Source of the DNA: Candidatus Cloacimonadales bacterium
Lineage (GTDB): Bacteria > Cloacimonadota > Cloacimonadia > Cloacimonadales > JAFGVF01
DNA: 64,000 nt
Reading direction: 5' to 3'
Assembly (NCBI GenBank): GCA_963678315.1
Contig: OY782781.1
Span: 2,496,001-2,560,000 of the forward strand
Below the pieces are notes generated by a model, which saw only the letters and a list, made by a program, of their open reading frames with translations, was not told where the DNA came from and did not search any database. Both the position numbers and the translations under genes were made by a program. Shown here piece after piece: positions 50,201 through 59,396 of this stretch (the stretch's first letter is position 1; every line of letters begins with the position of its first letter).

Positions 50201-53200
50201 GTTGAAACTTTAATATCATAAGAATCACCATATATTTCTGGATTCATTGGTCGTACATAATATATTAAAGAATCAGCTTCACGAACATTAACTTTAGGAG
50301 TTACTAACCAGTTTTGAGGGTCATAGTCATCTCCAAACATAGAACCTGAATTAGACTTAGTGAATTTATCACCAGTCCTTGCGTATGAACCTGACCAAGA
50401 ATTCCATGAGTGTTCATCACCGTCATTATCGATACTTAACCAACCTGCAGGAGGATAGTTTTCATGCTCAAAGCTCTCGTAATAAGTAGCAATATCTAGA
50501 GCATTACCTTGTAAAGTTACTTGGTAATCACCAGCATTAGTGTTGATAGTTAGCTGAACTTCTTTTTGTTCTGCTGTTTGAGGAACAAAAGCTAATCCAA
50601 CATTAAAAATGTTTTCACTAATTTCAATTGGAAGTTGACCATTTAAAGTATAGTTAAAATCATCACTATCTAAGGATATTGAGTTAATAACAAAACTTGT
50701 TTCACCATTATTGCTAATAACTAAATTCTTAGTATCAGTAGAATTACCAACATTCATATCTGTGAAGTCGATTACATCTGCGGATAATGTAACATTTGCT
50801 TCAACAGTCTGCACACTAGCATTTATTTGAAGTGAATAATTCCCTTCCGCACCTGCATAAGAATCAACTACAATATAATAAGTTCCTGCTTCAAATGTTA
50901 AATCTTCTAATGATGATTGTGGAATTCTTGTATCAAAGTTATCATTATAGAATAGGTAATTGTCAGAAGCAGGTAAAACACCTTCTGCGTAAACACCTAA
51001 TTTAGTATCATAATCTGAGCCTAATAGTGAGATTGAAGCTTCAGCATCATTATCAAAAACTAACTTGAATACAACATCTTTGCCATCATTAGCCGGTAAA
51101 TCATAATCGTTATACATCGCAGAGTTACTAGCTGTATAAAGGAAGTTACCTTCATCATCTAATACAACATCAATAGCTGTTTCAATTATATCTCCAGCAA
51201 GAGGTACATAAGCTAAGCCGTTAACGTCAATAGTATAATCACCAACATTAGTTGAAATTGTTACATTAGCAGAGTGTTGTCCTGCACTTGTAGGATTGAA
51301 ATTAACTGCAAGTTCAATTGAATTAGTCATCATTTCTACTGGATAGTCATTGCTATCAATTAAAGAGAAATTGTCTGTATCAGATAAATCAATACTTGTA
51401 ATTCTAAGTGTTCCTGAACCAGAGTTTCCTATAGTAATGTTATCAACAGTTCTTGTAGAATCTACTATTGTATCATTGAATTCTATTTCTTCTACAGAAA
51501 GTGATATGACTGGTGTTTCAACTGCAGGTAATACTTTGAAGTTATCAACATAGACATTATAATCATTGTTTGAAAGAGTTGATTCTCCATAAAAGGCTAT
51601 TTTAACTTGTTCACTATAGTCAGCTAATGAAATAGTAACTGTTTCACCAGTATTTGATATTGTATCTGTTGATCTCCATTCTCTGAGGATGTTTGCATTA
51701 GACCAAGTAGCCCCATTATCCGTTGAGATAACAACAGCAAACACATCATCTTCCGACAAAGAAGAAGCTGTTGTACCATTATAGCTAGTTAAGCCTGTAT
51801 CAAATGTTAGCTCATATTCGCTTCCAGAAGCTAAGTCTATTGTAGGTGTTATTAACCAATATCGTACTCCTGTTCCCCATATGTTAAGTCTAGCTGATCC
51901 TTCATCACCATCATTGAGATAGCCATCAGCAATCCAACCACTTGTTGAACTTTCTAAAGTTGAATCTTCTGTTAAGAAACCTCTAGCTTTAGTCCAAAAA
52001 GCTGGTAAGAATTCTGTAAAATCTTGTATATATGGTGGTTCAGCAACAGGATTTGCTTCTGTTGTGAAAGACCATACAGCTACATCTTCAGCTTCTCCAT
52101 AAGAAGAGTATGGTCTAATACTCCAGAAGTATTGTGTGCTCCAATCTAATTCTATTTCATAAGAAGTTACTAAGCCTAAATCTTCTTCATTAAGAAGATT
52201 AGTTCCTTCTGTGTCAGTTCCAATTGATAGTTTGTATCCTTGAGCATATAAATCACTATTCCATGCTAATTCTATATTCTTTGTAACATTTAAAGCTGCA
52301 TCTTGTGGTTGAACCAAAGTAACAGCACTTGGAACTTGGCCTTCTGTTGAGATAGCTGGGAAGATTACTTGGTCAAGATGAGTATAACGGTCACCTTCTC
52401 TCTTAAAGCCTAAGTAATAATCGCCAACAAATGAACTTAGATCAACCTCTATTGTTTGATATATATCAGTGAAACTTGTAGTATTTAATTCTGTCCAGTT
52501 ACTTGCATCAGAAGAGATTCCAAGAATGATTCCGCCTGGATTATCATAACCATTAGAACTATGATAAATAACTTTATCTCCATCTACAATATGAAGTTTT
52601 GGTGTTACAAGATAATCATTAACATTACCACCACATAAGGCTGATTTTTCACCATCAAAGGGATGAGATGAAGATTGCGCCCACACATTACCTGGATCAG
52701 TCCATCCAGAAGGTTCAAAGATAGCTTCGAATGATTCTACATTTGTAACTTCATTAATACCGATACCATTAATATCAACTTCTTTGTCTAGACCACCATT
52801 ACTAGAAATAATGATACTTGAGCTAGATAAAGCAAATTCTGTTGGAGTAAAAGTTACTTCAATCTCTAAGCTTTCGCCTTCTTCAATACTAGTTGAATAA
52901 TCTGATATTTCAAAGACATCATCATTTCCTGTTATACTATCAATAGTTAATGAATTGATACCAATATTTGAAACTGTTAATATCGCGGTGTTACTTTCGC
53001 CAATAACTGTTGGAGGAAAAGCAATATGATCAGTATCTAATGCTATGATTGGAGATACTGCTAATTGATTGACATAACAGTCTCCTGAAACTAATTCAAC
53101 ATCGTATGGGCTATCACCTAATATCTCCCATTCGATTGTTTGATTACCAGATACAATATCTGATATTTCTACAGTTACTTCAACACTATTGTTACCACTA

Positions 53201-53517
53201 ATAGTACCTGCACCGCTACCATACCAACCTGTTTGAGAACCCCAAGTAATCTTTTGGCCAGAAATATTACCTGATTCAGAACCCATATCAGTTGCATTTG
53301 CGGGACTTATACCTTCTGGAAATTCTAATTCTACATAGTCAGCAGCCATATATGAACCACCAGTTATGTTTACATTAAAATTCAGAACATTTATTTGGCC
53401 AGGAGTGTACTCACTACTTGTGGATACCTCAGCACCAAACTCTCTTCCATTCGCACTTAAACTTAGTGAAAACAACATGAAAACAACTATTACGATAAGA
53501 TTTAACCTCTTATTCAT
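47221..53517 (-). CDS. 2098-aa secreted adhesin-like mosaic protein (ASH/choice-of-anchor D Ig repeats, cleaved-adhesin domains, Fn3, C-terminal sorting domain)
   Basis: Repeated I.N.G...L.I.SI....F..F.P; ESFE..P.GW; WL(V/I)TP; STDNGA.W; Y(F/Y)W...P; NYPNPFNPETTI...KKMILMK. Confidence 0.8.
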   Translation of the reverse strand: MNKRLNLIVIVVFMLFSLSLSANGREFGAEVSTSSEYTPGQINVLNFNVNITGGSYMAADYVELEFPEGISPANATDMGSESGNISGQKITWGSQTGWYGSGAGTISGNNSVEVTVEISDIVSGNQTIEWEILGDSPYDVELVSGDCYVNQLAVSPIIALDTDHIAFPPTVIGESNTAILTVSNIGINSLTIDSITGNDDVFEISDYSTSIEEGESLEIEVTFTPTEFALSSSSIIISSNGGLDKEVDINGIGINEVTNVESFEAIFEPSGWTDPGNVWAQSSSHPFDGEKSALCGGNVNDYLVTPKLHIVDGDKVIYHSSNGYDNPGGIILGISSDASNWTELNTTSFTDIYQTIEVDLSSFVGDYYLGFKREGDRYTHLDQVIFPAISTEGQVPSAVTLVQPQDAALNVTKNIELAWNSDLYAQGYKLSIGTDTEGTNLLNEEDLGLVTSYEIELDWSTQYFWSIRPYSSYGEAEDVAVWSFTTEANPVAEPPYIQDFTEFLPAFWTKARGFLTEDSTLESSTSGWIADGYLNDGDEGSARLNIWGTGVRYWLITPTIDLASGSEYELTFDTGLTSYNGTTASSLSEDDVFAVVISTDNGATWSNANILREWRSTDTISNTGETVTISLADYSEQVKIAFYGESTLSNNDYNVYVDNFKVLPAVETPVISLSVEEIEFNDTIVDSTRTVDNITIGNSGSGTLRITSIDLSDTDNFSLIDSNDYPVEMMTNSIELAVNFNPTSAGQHSANVTISTNVGDYTIDVNGLAYVPLAGDIIETAIDVVLDDEGNFLYTASNSAMYNDYDLPANDGKDVVFKLVFDNDAEASISLLGSDYDTKLGVYAEGVLPASDNYLFYNDNFDTRIPQSSLEDLTFEAGTYYIVVDSYAGAEGNYSLQINASVQTVEANVTLSADVIDFTDMNVGNSTDTKNLVISNNGETSFVINSISLDSDDFNYTLNGQLPIEISENIFNVGLAFVPQTAEQKEVQLTINTNAGDYQVTLQGNALDIATYYESFEHENYPPAGWLSIDNDGDEHSWNSWSGSYARTGDKFTKSNSGSMFGDDYDPQNWLVTPKVNVREADSLIYYVRPMNPEIYGDSYDIKVSTSGTNVSDFTTTIASEQVGPEIWERKVVDLSDFVGQDIYIAFYHYNDDSVDTYAFGIDDIFLPPLVYDQVPSVTSLIYPEDDQEYVYHTTALYWNEAANANGYKINVGTDNPPTNILNNVEVGSVTSKVLTNLEPETQYYWQVIPTNSIGDASNAPIWNFTTSSFSNLDVPVTDNFNDYNSMPFFPLGWSEFLGLYGTENDTRIINTYLGWGLDNFANQEADNDALTIEFYGDEVANWVVSPLVDLGSNEDIVNQVRFDLALTKSTTQEIANFGSDDKLMLMISTDNGASWTEDNILKVWNSNTPISNTGQSEVVDLDGYSGEVVFAFYAESTEESPNCKISIDNLFIGEQATNPVFNILPNNHRFDLTQTGNMSATKSFRIANVGIGTLEINSVELTGDGADQFVMIDSNTYPSEITTGQIDFNVIFRPTNSGLQEAFITVSDGRELHNIPISGYAYGTEGNTIDDPIQVEFTDNEYTAYGNSESFDNTYVLPYETAIDDANDVVYKLSFEDDMTVHVALNEVSWDTKVAVYSASETPGPDNALYYNDDSEEMRLLRNDNRNPQRGYNSIITFMDLPAGDYFLIVDGSNKTSWFEPYGEYRIDIAAYHFVPATNLTAVVENSNVALNWDAPQADDGSIVGYAVFRDGHGLTPALVTNTSYIDDTVVAGFEYSYQIVAYYNEPAGYSHPTASATVSFGELSSQVFSDDFEDYDDFAIEFDPWTLHNVDGANNYAIQDFEWANMAAPYAYMIFNPYNVNPSITIPEFQAHSATKFVAHFASEGVTNNDWMITPQIQLGSQSSIDFWAKSFTKLYGSDYIKVLVSTTGTEPEDFTALTEIPTDGEEVPTSWKHYIYSLADYEGQTVYIAIQTVSEEGFLLMIDQVTVRSNQGSVDNEDNNVDMFTESLNNNYPNPFNPETTINFSMKERGKVRIDIFNVKGQKVNTLINDTVDAGSHNVVWNGKDSQGRRVASGVFFYKMKTKNISQVKKMILMK

Positions 53518-53537
53518 TTTGTTCTCCCATTAATAAT

Positions 53538-54347
53538 TTATTTGTGGCGGTAATTTCTTTCAAATTCTTCGATTGTTATACTATTCTCCCAATGTTTATA
53601 GAATACTTCTGTTAATATACTTGCTAGACCCTTATTTGGAACTGAAATAAATGCCATGTTTACATCACTTTCAGGTGCTTCTAAAATATGAAATATTACA
53701 TGATTATCATCAAATATTAAGAATTTAATTGGGACATGATCCGTTAATCTGATCTCTTCTCCCTCACTCTCACTTTTCTTAACAAATGATAAAAAATCTT
53801 CAATTCTTTCATACTCAATTTCAACCAAGGTCTTATTTGATATACTTCTAGAATGGCTCAACTCATCTAAAGTATCCCATTCTTCATCATCCTCATTAAC
53901 TAAGTAAGGAGGTTTTGAAAAAGTTAATATCTGCTTTTTTGTCTGCGGAATAAGTTCTTGAACTTTATTTACTAGTACGTTTCTGTTCAAAATAAGTTCA
54001 ATTTTATTCATTGTGTTTCTAGCATTAAGAACTTTATCATAGATTGGTTGGAAAAAATCCTCAGTCATTTGAAGATTCTTTTCCTTCTCGGCTAATATTT
54101 CACGATAATACTTAAACGCTTCCTTGGGACTTATCGGTTCATAAAGCTTAGTTTGTCCTTGATATTCAGAACAAAAACCCTTAACAACTAATGAATTCAA
54201 TAATTCATAAACTTTTGCCCTAGCTATCCCCGCAGAACTTGCAATTTTACTTGCATTTGCTTGTCCTAATTTTAATAGCGCAAAGTATGTTTTTGCTTCA
54301 TAATTGGTAAGCCCTAAGTCAATCAACGCTTTTATTTCATCATTCAT
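53538..54347 (-). CDS. TrmB-family transcriptional regulator
   Basis: L..LGLTNYEAKTY.ALL..G.A.AS.IA...GI.R.KVY..L.SL..KG winged HTH; K..IFDD effector domain. Confidence 0.9.
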   Translation of the reverse strand: MNDEIKALIDLGLTNYEAKTYFALLKLGQANASKIASSAGIARAKVYELLNSLVVKGFCSEYQGQTKLYEPISPKEAFKYYREILAEKEKNLQMTEDFFQPIYDKVLNARNTMNKIELILNRNVLVNKVQELIPQTKKQILTFSKPPYLVNEDDEEWDTLDELSHSRSISNKTLVEIEYERIEDFLSFVKKSESEGEEIRLTDHVPIKFLIFDDNHVIFHILEAPESDVNMAFISVPNKGLASILTEVFYKHWENSITIEEFERNYRHK

Positions 54348-54611
54348 ATCAGCTCCATTTTCATTGTTGTATCTTTCAGTGACACTATGTCTAATTTATT
54401 ACTATAGAAAGACTGTCAACAATATTTTTCACTTTTGATTTTCCTTTGCGTTTTTCTATTTCTAAAATACAAATAGCCCTAATTATAATACAAATGGATA
54501 ATTTTAATCCTATGCTGCATATAGCATAATAAGTATTCGATAAATATATATTGACTATTAATAACTACAATTTAAGAAGGGTTTCATAAACTAATCTCAA
54601 GAGGAAAATTT

Positions 54612-55772
54612 ATGAAAAAGTCGTTCAAGACTCTCATTTTAATGCTAGTTTTTTTATGTTGTGTTGGTGTGTGCTTTGCCTCTGAAAGCGGTATAGAAGA
54701 CCAATTACAAGAAGTTATCCAAGTTCAAAAGTATTTTAGAGCTATCCATGTAATGGCCATGCTTTTAGTTGGTTTCGGATTCCTAATGGTATTTGTAAAA
54801 AGGTATGGAAGAAGTGCTCTAACTGCAACCTACATTATGGTAAGTTTGGCAATCCCACTTTATATGCTTATTGAGCATAGTCATCTTTTCGCTGAACCAC
54901 AAAATGCTATTACAAGTTTAATCTTGGCTGAGTTCTCAGCTGCTGCCTTATTAATTTCAGCTGGAGCAGTCTTAGGTAGATTAAAACTTCACCAATATCT
55001 AATATTAGGTCTATTATTCATTCCATTCTACACTATTAACGAATGGATAATGTTGGATAATGGTTTAGGTTTAATCCCTCACGGTTCTTTAGTAGATACT
55101 GGTGGTTCTATAGTAATTCACACTTTTGGAGCTATTTTTGGCTTTGGATTAATCTTCTCATTAACTCGTAAGAATGAATACCATAAAGAGGTAGAGTCTG
55201 ATTCTACAAGTGACAGATTTTCTCTCCTTGGAAGTATGATGCTTTGGGTTTTCTGGCCAAGTTTCTGTGCTGCTCTTGTAGAACCAAAAGATTTAATTTC
55301 TACTATCACAAATGTAATTCTTGCACTTTGCGGTTCCACCCTAATCACCTACTTAGCTTCACTAACTATTAGAAAGAAAGTATCTCCAGAAGATATTGCT
55401 AATGCTACTCTTGCTGGTGGTGTTGCTATTGGTTCAACATGCGATGTAACAACAGCTCCATGGGCTTTTGCTATCGGTGCAATTGCTGGACTAATCTCAA
55501 CAATCGGTTTCTCAATTATTAAAGAAAAATTACAACATAAGATTCATAAAATTGATACTTGTGGAGTTCTCTATCTTCATGGGTTACCTGGTATATTTGG
55601 TGGACTCATTGCATTAGCTGTTACTAAAGGAATTGATGTTAAATCTCAAGTTCTTGGTATAGTAATCACAGTAGTTATTGCTTTTGTAACTGGATTAATT
55701 TCTGGAAAAGTCATTTCATTCTTTGGCTTAAGAAGTAATGCTTATAATGACGAAGAAGAATTAGAAGTATAA
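54612..55772 (+). CDS. Rh50-type (Rhesus family) ammonia/gas channel
   Basis: HVMAMLLVGFGFLMVFVKRYG, LIS.GAVLG, DTGGS..IH.FGA.FG, LW.FWPSF, NATLAGGVAIG, DTCGV..LHGLPG. Confidence 0.88.
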   Translation: MKKSFKTLILMLVFLCCVGVCFASESGIEDQLQEVIQVQKYFRAIHVMAMLLVGFGFLMVFVKRYGRSALTATYIMVSLAIPLYMLIEHSHLFAEPQNAITSLILAEFSAAALLISAGAVLGRLKLHQYLILGLLFIPFYTINEWIMLDNGLGLIPHGSLVDTGGSIVIHTFGAIFGFGLIFSLTRKNEYHKEVESDSTSDRFSLLGSMMLWVFWPSFCAALVEPKDLISTITNVILALCGSTLITYLASLTIRKKVSPEDIANATLAGGVAIGSTCDVTTAPWAFAIGAIAGLISTIGFSIIKEKLQHKIHKIDTCGVLYLHGLPGIFGGLIALAVTKGIDVKSQVLGIVITVVIAFVTGLISGKVISFFGLRSNAYNDEEELEV

Positions 55773-55793
55773 TATATTTTGAATTTCAAATGT

Positions 55794-55824
55794 AAGTGAC
55801 GTAAGAATTTGCGTCACTTTTTTT
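55794..55824 (+). terminator. Rho-independent terminator
   Basis: AAGTGACGTAA..TTGCGTCACTT followed by a T run. Confidence 0.8.
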
Positions 55825-55904
55825 ATGTTAACAAATAACATGAGTCTTTATTAAAATCATGGACTCAAAATAGATATGTCCTTTTAGGATAATGCAAGGT
55901 CTTT

Positions 55905-56177
55905 GCGTAAGCATGAACTTTGTTCAACCTATCGGTGGATGCTTACACTCCCTTTTCTGAGAGGTTTTTCCAAAGATCTCTACTTTGGTACACAAGCTTC
56001 TAGCTTGTCAGCAGTCTGAGACGTTTTTCCAAACGTCTCTACAAATTCACTTATAACTGCGTTCTAAGTGAAGCCAGCTATCCGGCAGTAGCAGGACTAA
56101 AGGCAAAGCGTTCCCAGTAACTGCATCCTTAAGGGTCACCTTGAAAAATCGGCTTTTTTTCAAAGAGGCAAGTAAGG
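55905..56177. repeat. Composite palindromic repeat element, intron-free sibling of the 8.8-11.2 kb locus
   Basis: Same ordered modules: GCGTAAGCATGAAC..GGATGCTTACACTCC, CTGAGACGTTTTTCCAAACGTCTCTACAAATTCACTTATAAC, GTTCTAAGTGAAGCCAGC..GCGTTCCCAG, TTGAAAAATCGGCTTTTTTTCAA. Confidence 0.9.
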
Positions 56178-56205
56178 CTGACCTTATATTCTGCTGTGTT
56201 TTGAA

Positions 56206-57075
56206 TTACTCACAACAATTTCTGATGTACTTATCAAACTTAGCAGGAGCTTGGATTGAGAATTCTATCTCTTTATTATTTTTTGGGTGTTTGAATTTTA
56301 AATATGTAGAAGTCAGAAACAATCCTCTATTTTTAAGTACTTTTTGATTTTTTGTATAGAGTTGGTCACCTAAAATTGGATGATCAATAGAAGCTAGATG
56401 AATTCTAAGTTGATGGGTCCTTCCCGTAAATAAATTAAGTTTTACAAAAGATACATATTGGCAGTATTTAGATTGGTATACTGCTAAAGTCTGAAATTGA
56501 GAATGAGCTTCTTTTCCGTTAATAGGAGTCTTTATATCTCCTGATTGAGCTAGCTCTCCAACAACCAAAGCCTTATAGCTTTTTTTAACTAACCTATCTT
56601 CAAATTGGTGAGATAAACTTATCAAAGCGTCAGATGTTTTAGCAAAGACAATCAATCCTGATGTCAGGTAATCTAATCTATGAACAGGGCGTATTACATC
56701 AAGTGCTGAATCTAAGTGAGACTTCTTCAGCGTCCTTTGAACAGCATTTTCTAGAGTACGAAACTTATTGCCACTGACTTCTATTCCTGCAGGTTTATTT
56801 ATCACTGCAAGATAATCATCTTCATAAACAATTTGTAAGTCCAGCATAAACTTACTTGTTTTTCTAGTATGGCTTTCACTGATTTCAATGATATCGCCAT
56901 TTTCTAGCCAAGTTGATGTAAAAGCTACTTGGGAATTGACTTTTAGCTCCCCAGCTTTTATTGCTTTTACTAAGGACTTCCGACTAAAAAATGTCTTTGT
57001 ATTTCTATAATCAAAATCACTTAGTCTTGTTTTATTAGTCAAATCACAGACATGTATCTTTTCAATAATATTCAT
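56206..57075 (-). CDS. RluA/RluD-family pseudouridine synthase with S4 domain
   Basis: YEDD...VINKPAG, VHRLD..TSG, TGRTHQLR.HL..I.HPILGD.LY. Confidence 0.93.
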   Translation of the reverse strand: MNIIEKIHVCDLTNKTRLSDFDYRNTKTFFSRKSLVKAIKAGELKVNSQVAFTSTWLENGDIIEISESHTRKTSKFMLDLQIVYEDDYLAVINKPAGIEVSGNKFRTLENAVQRTLKKSHLDSALDVIRPVHRLDYLTSGLIVFAKTSDALISLSHQFEDRLVKKSYKALVVGELAQSGDIKTPINGKEAHSQFQTLAVYQSKYCQYVSFVKLNLFTGRTHQLRIHLASIDHPILGDQLYTKNQKVLKNRGLFLTSTYLKFKHPKNNKEIEFSIQAPAKFDKYIRNCCE

Positions 57076-57166
57076 TATATAAACTACCTATTAAATTCTT
57101 TATTGACTGATATTCCCAAATTTCTAATTATGACAAGAAAAAATATAATAAAAGGTGTTTTATACT

Positions 57167-58363
57167 ATGGATTACAAGAATTATTACTCGCAAAGTACAG
57201 TTTCAATGAAATCATCTATGATTAGAGAGTTAGTAGCATCTACAAAAGGAATTGAAGGTTTAATATCCTTCGCAGGTGGATTCCCTTCACCAAAAACTTT
57301 TCCTTCAGTAGAGCTTGGAGATATATATTGCCAAGTTGTTAAGAATGAAGGTTCTGATGTACTTCAGTATGGTCCGACTGATGGAGATCCTAAATTTAAA
57401 CAAGCAATCATAAGAAATGAAAATAAAGTAAATTTAGCTGCGGATGAAATTGTTACAAGCGTTGGTTCTACAAACGCAATCTATGCTTATGCAAAGTCAT
57501 TGATTAATCCTGGAGATTCTATTATTTGTGAAGCTCCAAGTTTCTTAGGAACTCTTGTTTCTTTTGAAGCATTAGGTGCTAAATTGATTGGTGTTGATGT
57601 TGAAGATGACGGTATCAACATTACCATGTTAGAAGAAAAAATAATAGCTAACAAAAATGGTGAAGATAATATTAAATTTATTTATGTCATTCCTGAATTC
57701 CAAAACCCTTCAGGTGTAACTATGAGCAAAGAAAAACGCCAACAATTAATCGAAATTGCTAGCAAATATGATATTCCGATATTAGAAGATAACCCTTACG
57801 GAGAGTTAAGATACACTGGTGAAAGAATTGATTCTGTATTTGAAATAGCTAGAGCAAAAGGATCAAATATTGTTACATCAGTTAAATCTTTCTCAAAAGT
57901 TTTAGGACCTGGCATGAGATGTGCTTATATCATGGGTGATGCTAACCTAATGACTCAAATTGCATTATGGCTACAAAAAATGATTGTATCAAGTGACTGT
58001 GTGACTCAAAGAGTAGTTTCACACGTATTAAATAATGACATGCTTGCTACTCAAATTGCCAAGATTTCTGAAATCTACAAACCAAGTTTAGATGCTATGC
58101 TTAGTGCTTTAGAAAAATACATGCCTAAGACAATTAAATGGACAAAACCGGAAGGAGGCATGTTTATTTGGGTAACTTTACCAGATCATATGTCAGGCGA
58201 CCAACTTTTTGAAAAAGCTAAAGCTGAAAAAGTTGCTTTCATTCCTGGAAGTAAGTTCTATCCTACTGGACAAGAAAAGTATAATGCTATAAGGTTAAAC
58301 TTCACTTTTGCTGATCCTGAAACAATCGATGAAGGTGTAAAAAGACTAAGTAAATTGTTCTAA
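57167..58363 (+). CDS. PLP-dependent class I/II aminotransferase (LysN/2-aminoadipate transaminase-like)
   Basis: ISFAGGFP, LQYG.T.G, IPEFQNPSG.T, EDNPY, SFSKVL.PG.R, PEGGMF.W; ATG at 57167 preferred. Confidence 0.9.
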   Translation: MDYKNYYSQSTVSMKSSMIRELVASTKGIEGLISFAGGFPSPKTFPSVELGDIYCQVVKNEGSDVLQYGPTDGDPKFKQAIIRNENKVNLAADEIVTSVGSTNAIYAYAKSLINPGDSIICEAPSFLGTLVSFEALGAKLIGVDVEDDGINITMLEEKIIANKNGEDNIKFIYVIPEFQNPSGVTMSKEKRQQLIEIASKYDIPILEDNPYGELRYTGERIDSVFEIARAKGSNIVTSVKSFSKVLGPGMRCAYIMGDANLMTQIALWLQKMIVSSDCVTQRVVSHVLNNDMLATQIAKISEIYKPSLDAMLSALEKYMPKTIKWTKPEGGMFIWVTLPDHMSGDQLFEKAKAEKVAFIPGSKFYPTGQEKYNAIRLNFTFADPETIDEGVKRLSKLF

Positions 58364-58486
58364 TTCAAAGATTACAATATTATAGAGCTTACAATAACAA
58401 TTTGTAGGCTCTTTTCTTATAGAAATAAAAAATACAATTTAATTGACAACTTTAGGTAATTTGCTTATTTTATAGTTAGAGGTATT

Positions 58487-59395
58487 ATGGAAAAAATAGT
58501 TTTGTTATATGGAGGAAAATCCTCCGAGAGAGAAATCTCTATAAAGTCATCTGAAGCTATTGAAAAAGCACTTATAGAGCTTAATTATAGCGTTTCTAAA
58601 CTTGACCCAAGTGTATTCACTTCTCCCAGTGATTTAATAGCCGAGATTATAGCTATAAAGCCACTAATCGTGTTTATTGGTTTACACGGTGGAGATGGAG
58701 AAGATGGAAATATCCAAACTTTGCTTGCTATGCATAATATAAAATTTACTGGAACTGGCTCATTAGGTAGTAAAATAGCTATGGATAAATATATATCCAA
58801 ATTACTGGCATCTGACTTAAAAATACCAGTGCCAAACTTCATTTATTTATCAGAGAACGAGACCTTAAACAAAGACAATTTAAAATTTCCTCTTGTTGTA
58901 AAGCCTAACAATGGTGGATCTTCTGTTGGAGTATCAATCGTAAAGGACATCAATCAACTTGATAAGGCAATCCAAGAAGCCTTCAAGCATGATACAGCTA
59001 TCCTAATTGAAGATTACATTCCTGGTAGAGAACTAACTGTGACGGTTCTAGGTGAAAAGACCTACCCTGTAGTTGAAATTAAACCTGAAAATGGTTGGTA
59101 TGATTATCAGAATAAATACACTAAAGGAAATACAAATTATATCTGCCCTGCTGTAATAACTGATAAAGAATCGGAACTTGTTTCAGAATATGCACTAAAA
59201 TACTATAAGAGATTAAACTTAAAAGCTTATGCAAGAATAGACTTTAGATTTGATGGAGATAAATTCTATTTCTTAGAGGCAAATACACTTCCTGGAATGA
59301 CATCATTAAGTTTAACTCCAATGTCTGTAAAAGAAAGAGGAATATCATTCACTGAATTAATACAAAAGATTATTAACTATTCACTAAGAAGGTAA
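58487..59395 (+). CDS. ddl: D-alanine--D-alanine ligase
   Basis: GGKSSEREIS, LHGG.GEDG, KP..GGSSVG, GRELTV, YDY.NKY, E.NTLPGMT..SL. Confidence 0.96.
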   Translation: MEKIVLLYGGKSSEREISIKSSEAIEKALIELNYSVSKLDPSVFTSPSDLIAEIIAIKPLIVFIGLHGGDGEDGNIQTLLAMHNIKFTGTGSLGSKIAMDKYISKLLASDLKIPVPNFIYLSENETLNKDNLKFPLVVKPNNGGSSVGVSIVKDINQLDKAIQEAFKHDTAILIEDYIPGRELTVTVLGEKTYPVVEIKPENGWYDYQNKYTKGNTNYICPAVITDKESELVSEYALKYYKRLNLKAYARIDFRFDGDKFYFLEANTLPGMTSLSLTPMSVKERGISFTELIQKIINYSLRR

Positions 59396-59396
59396 T

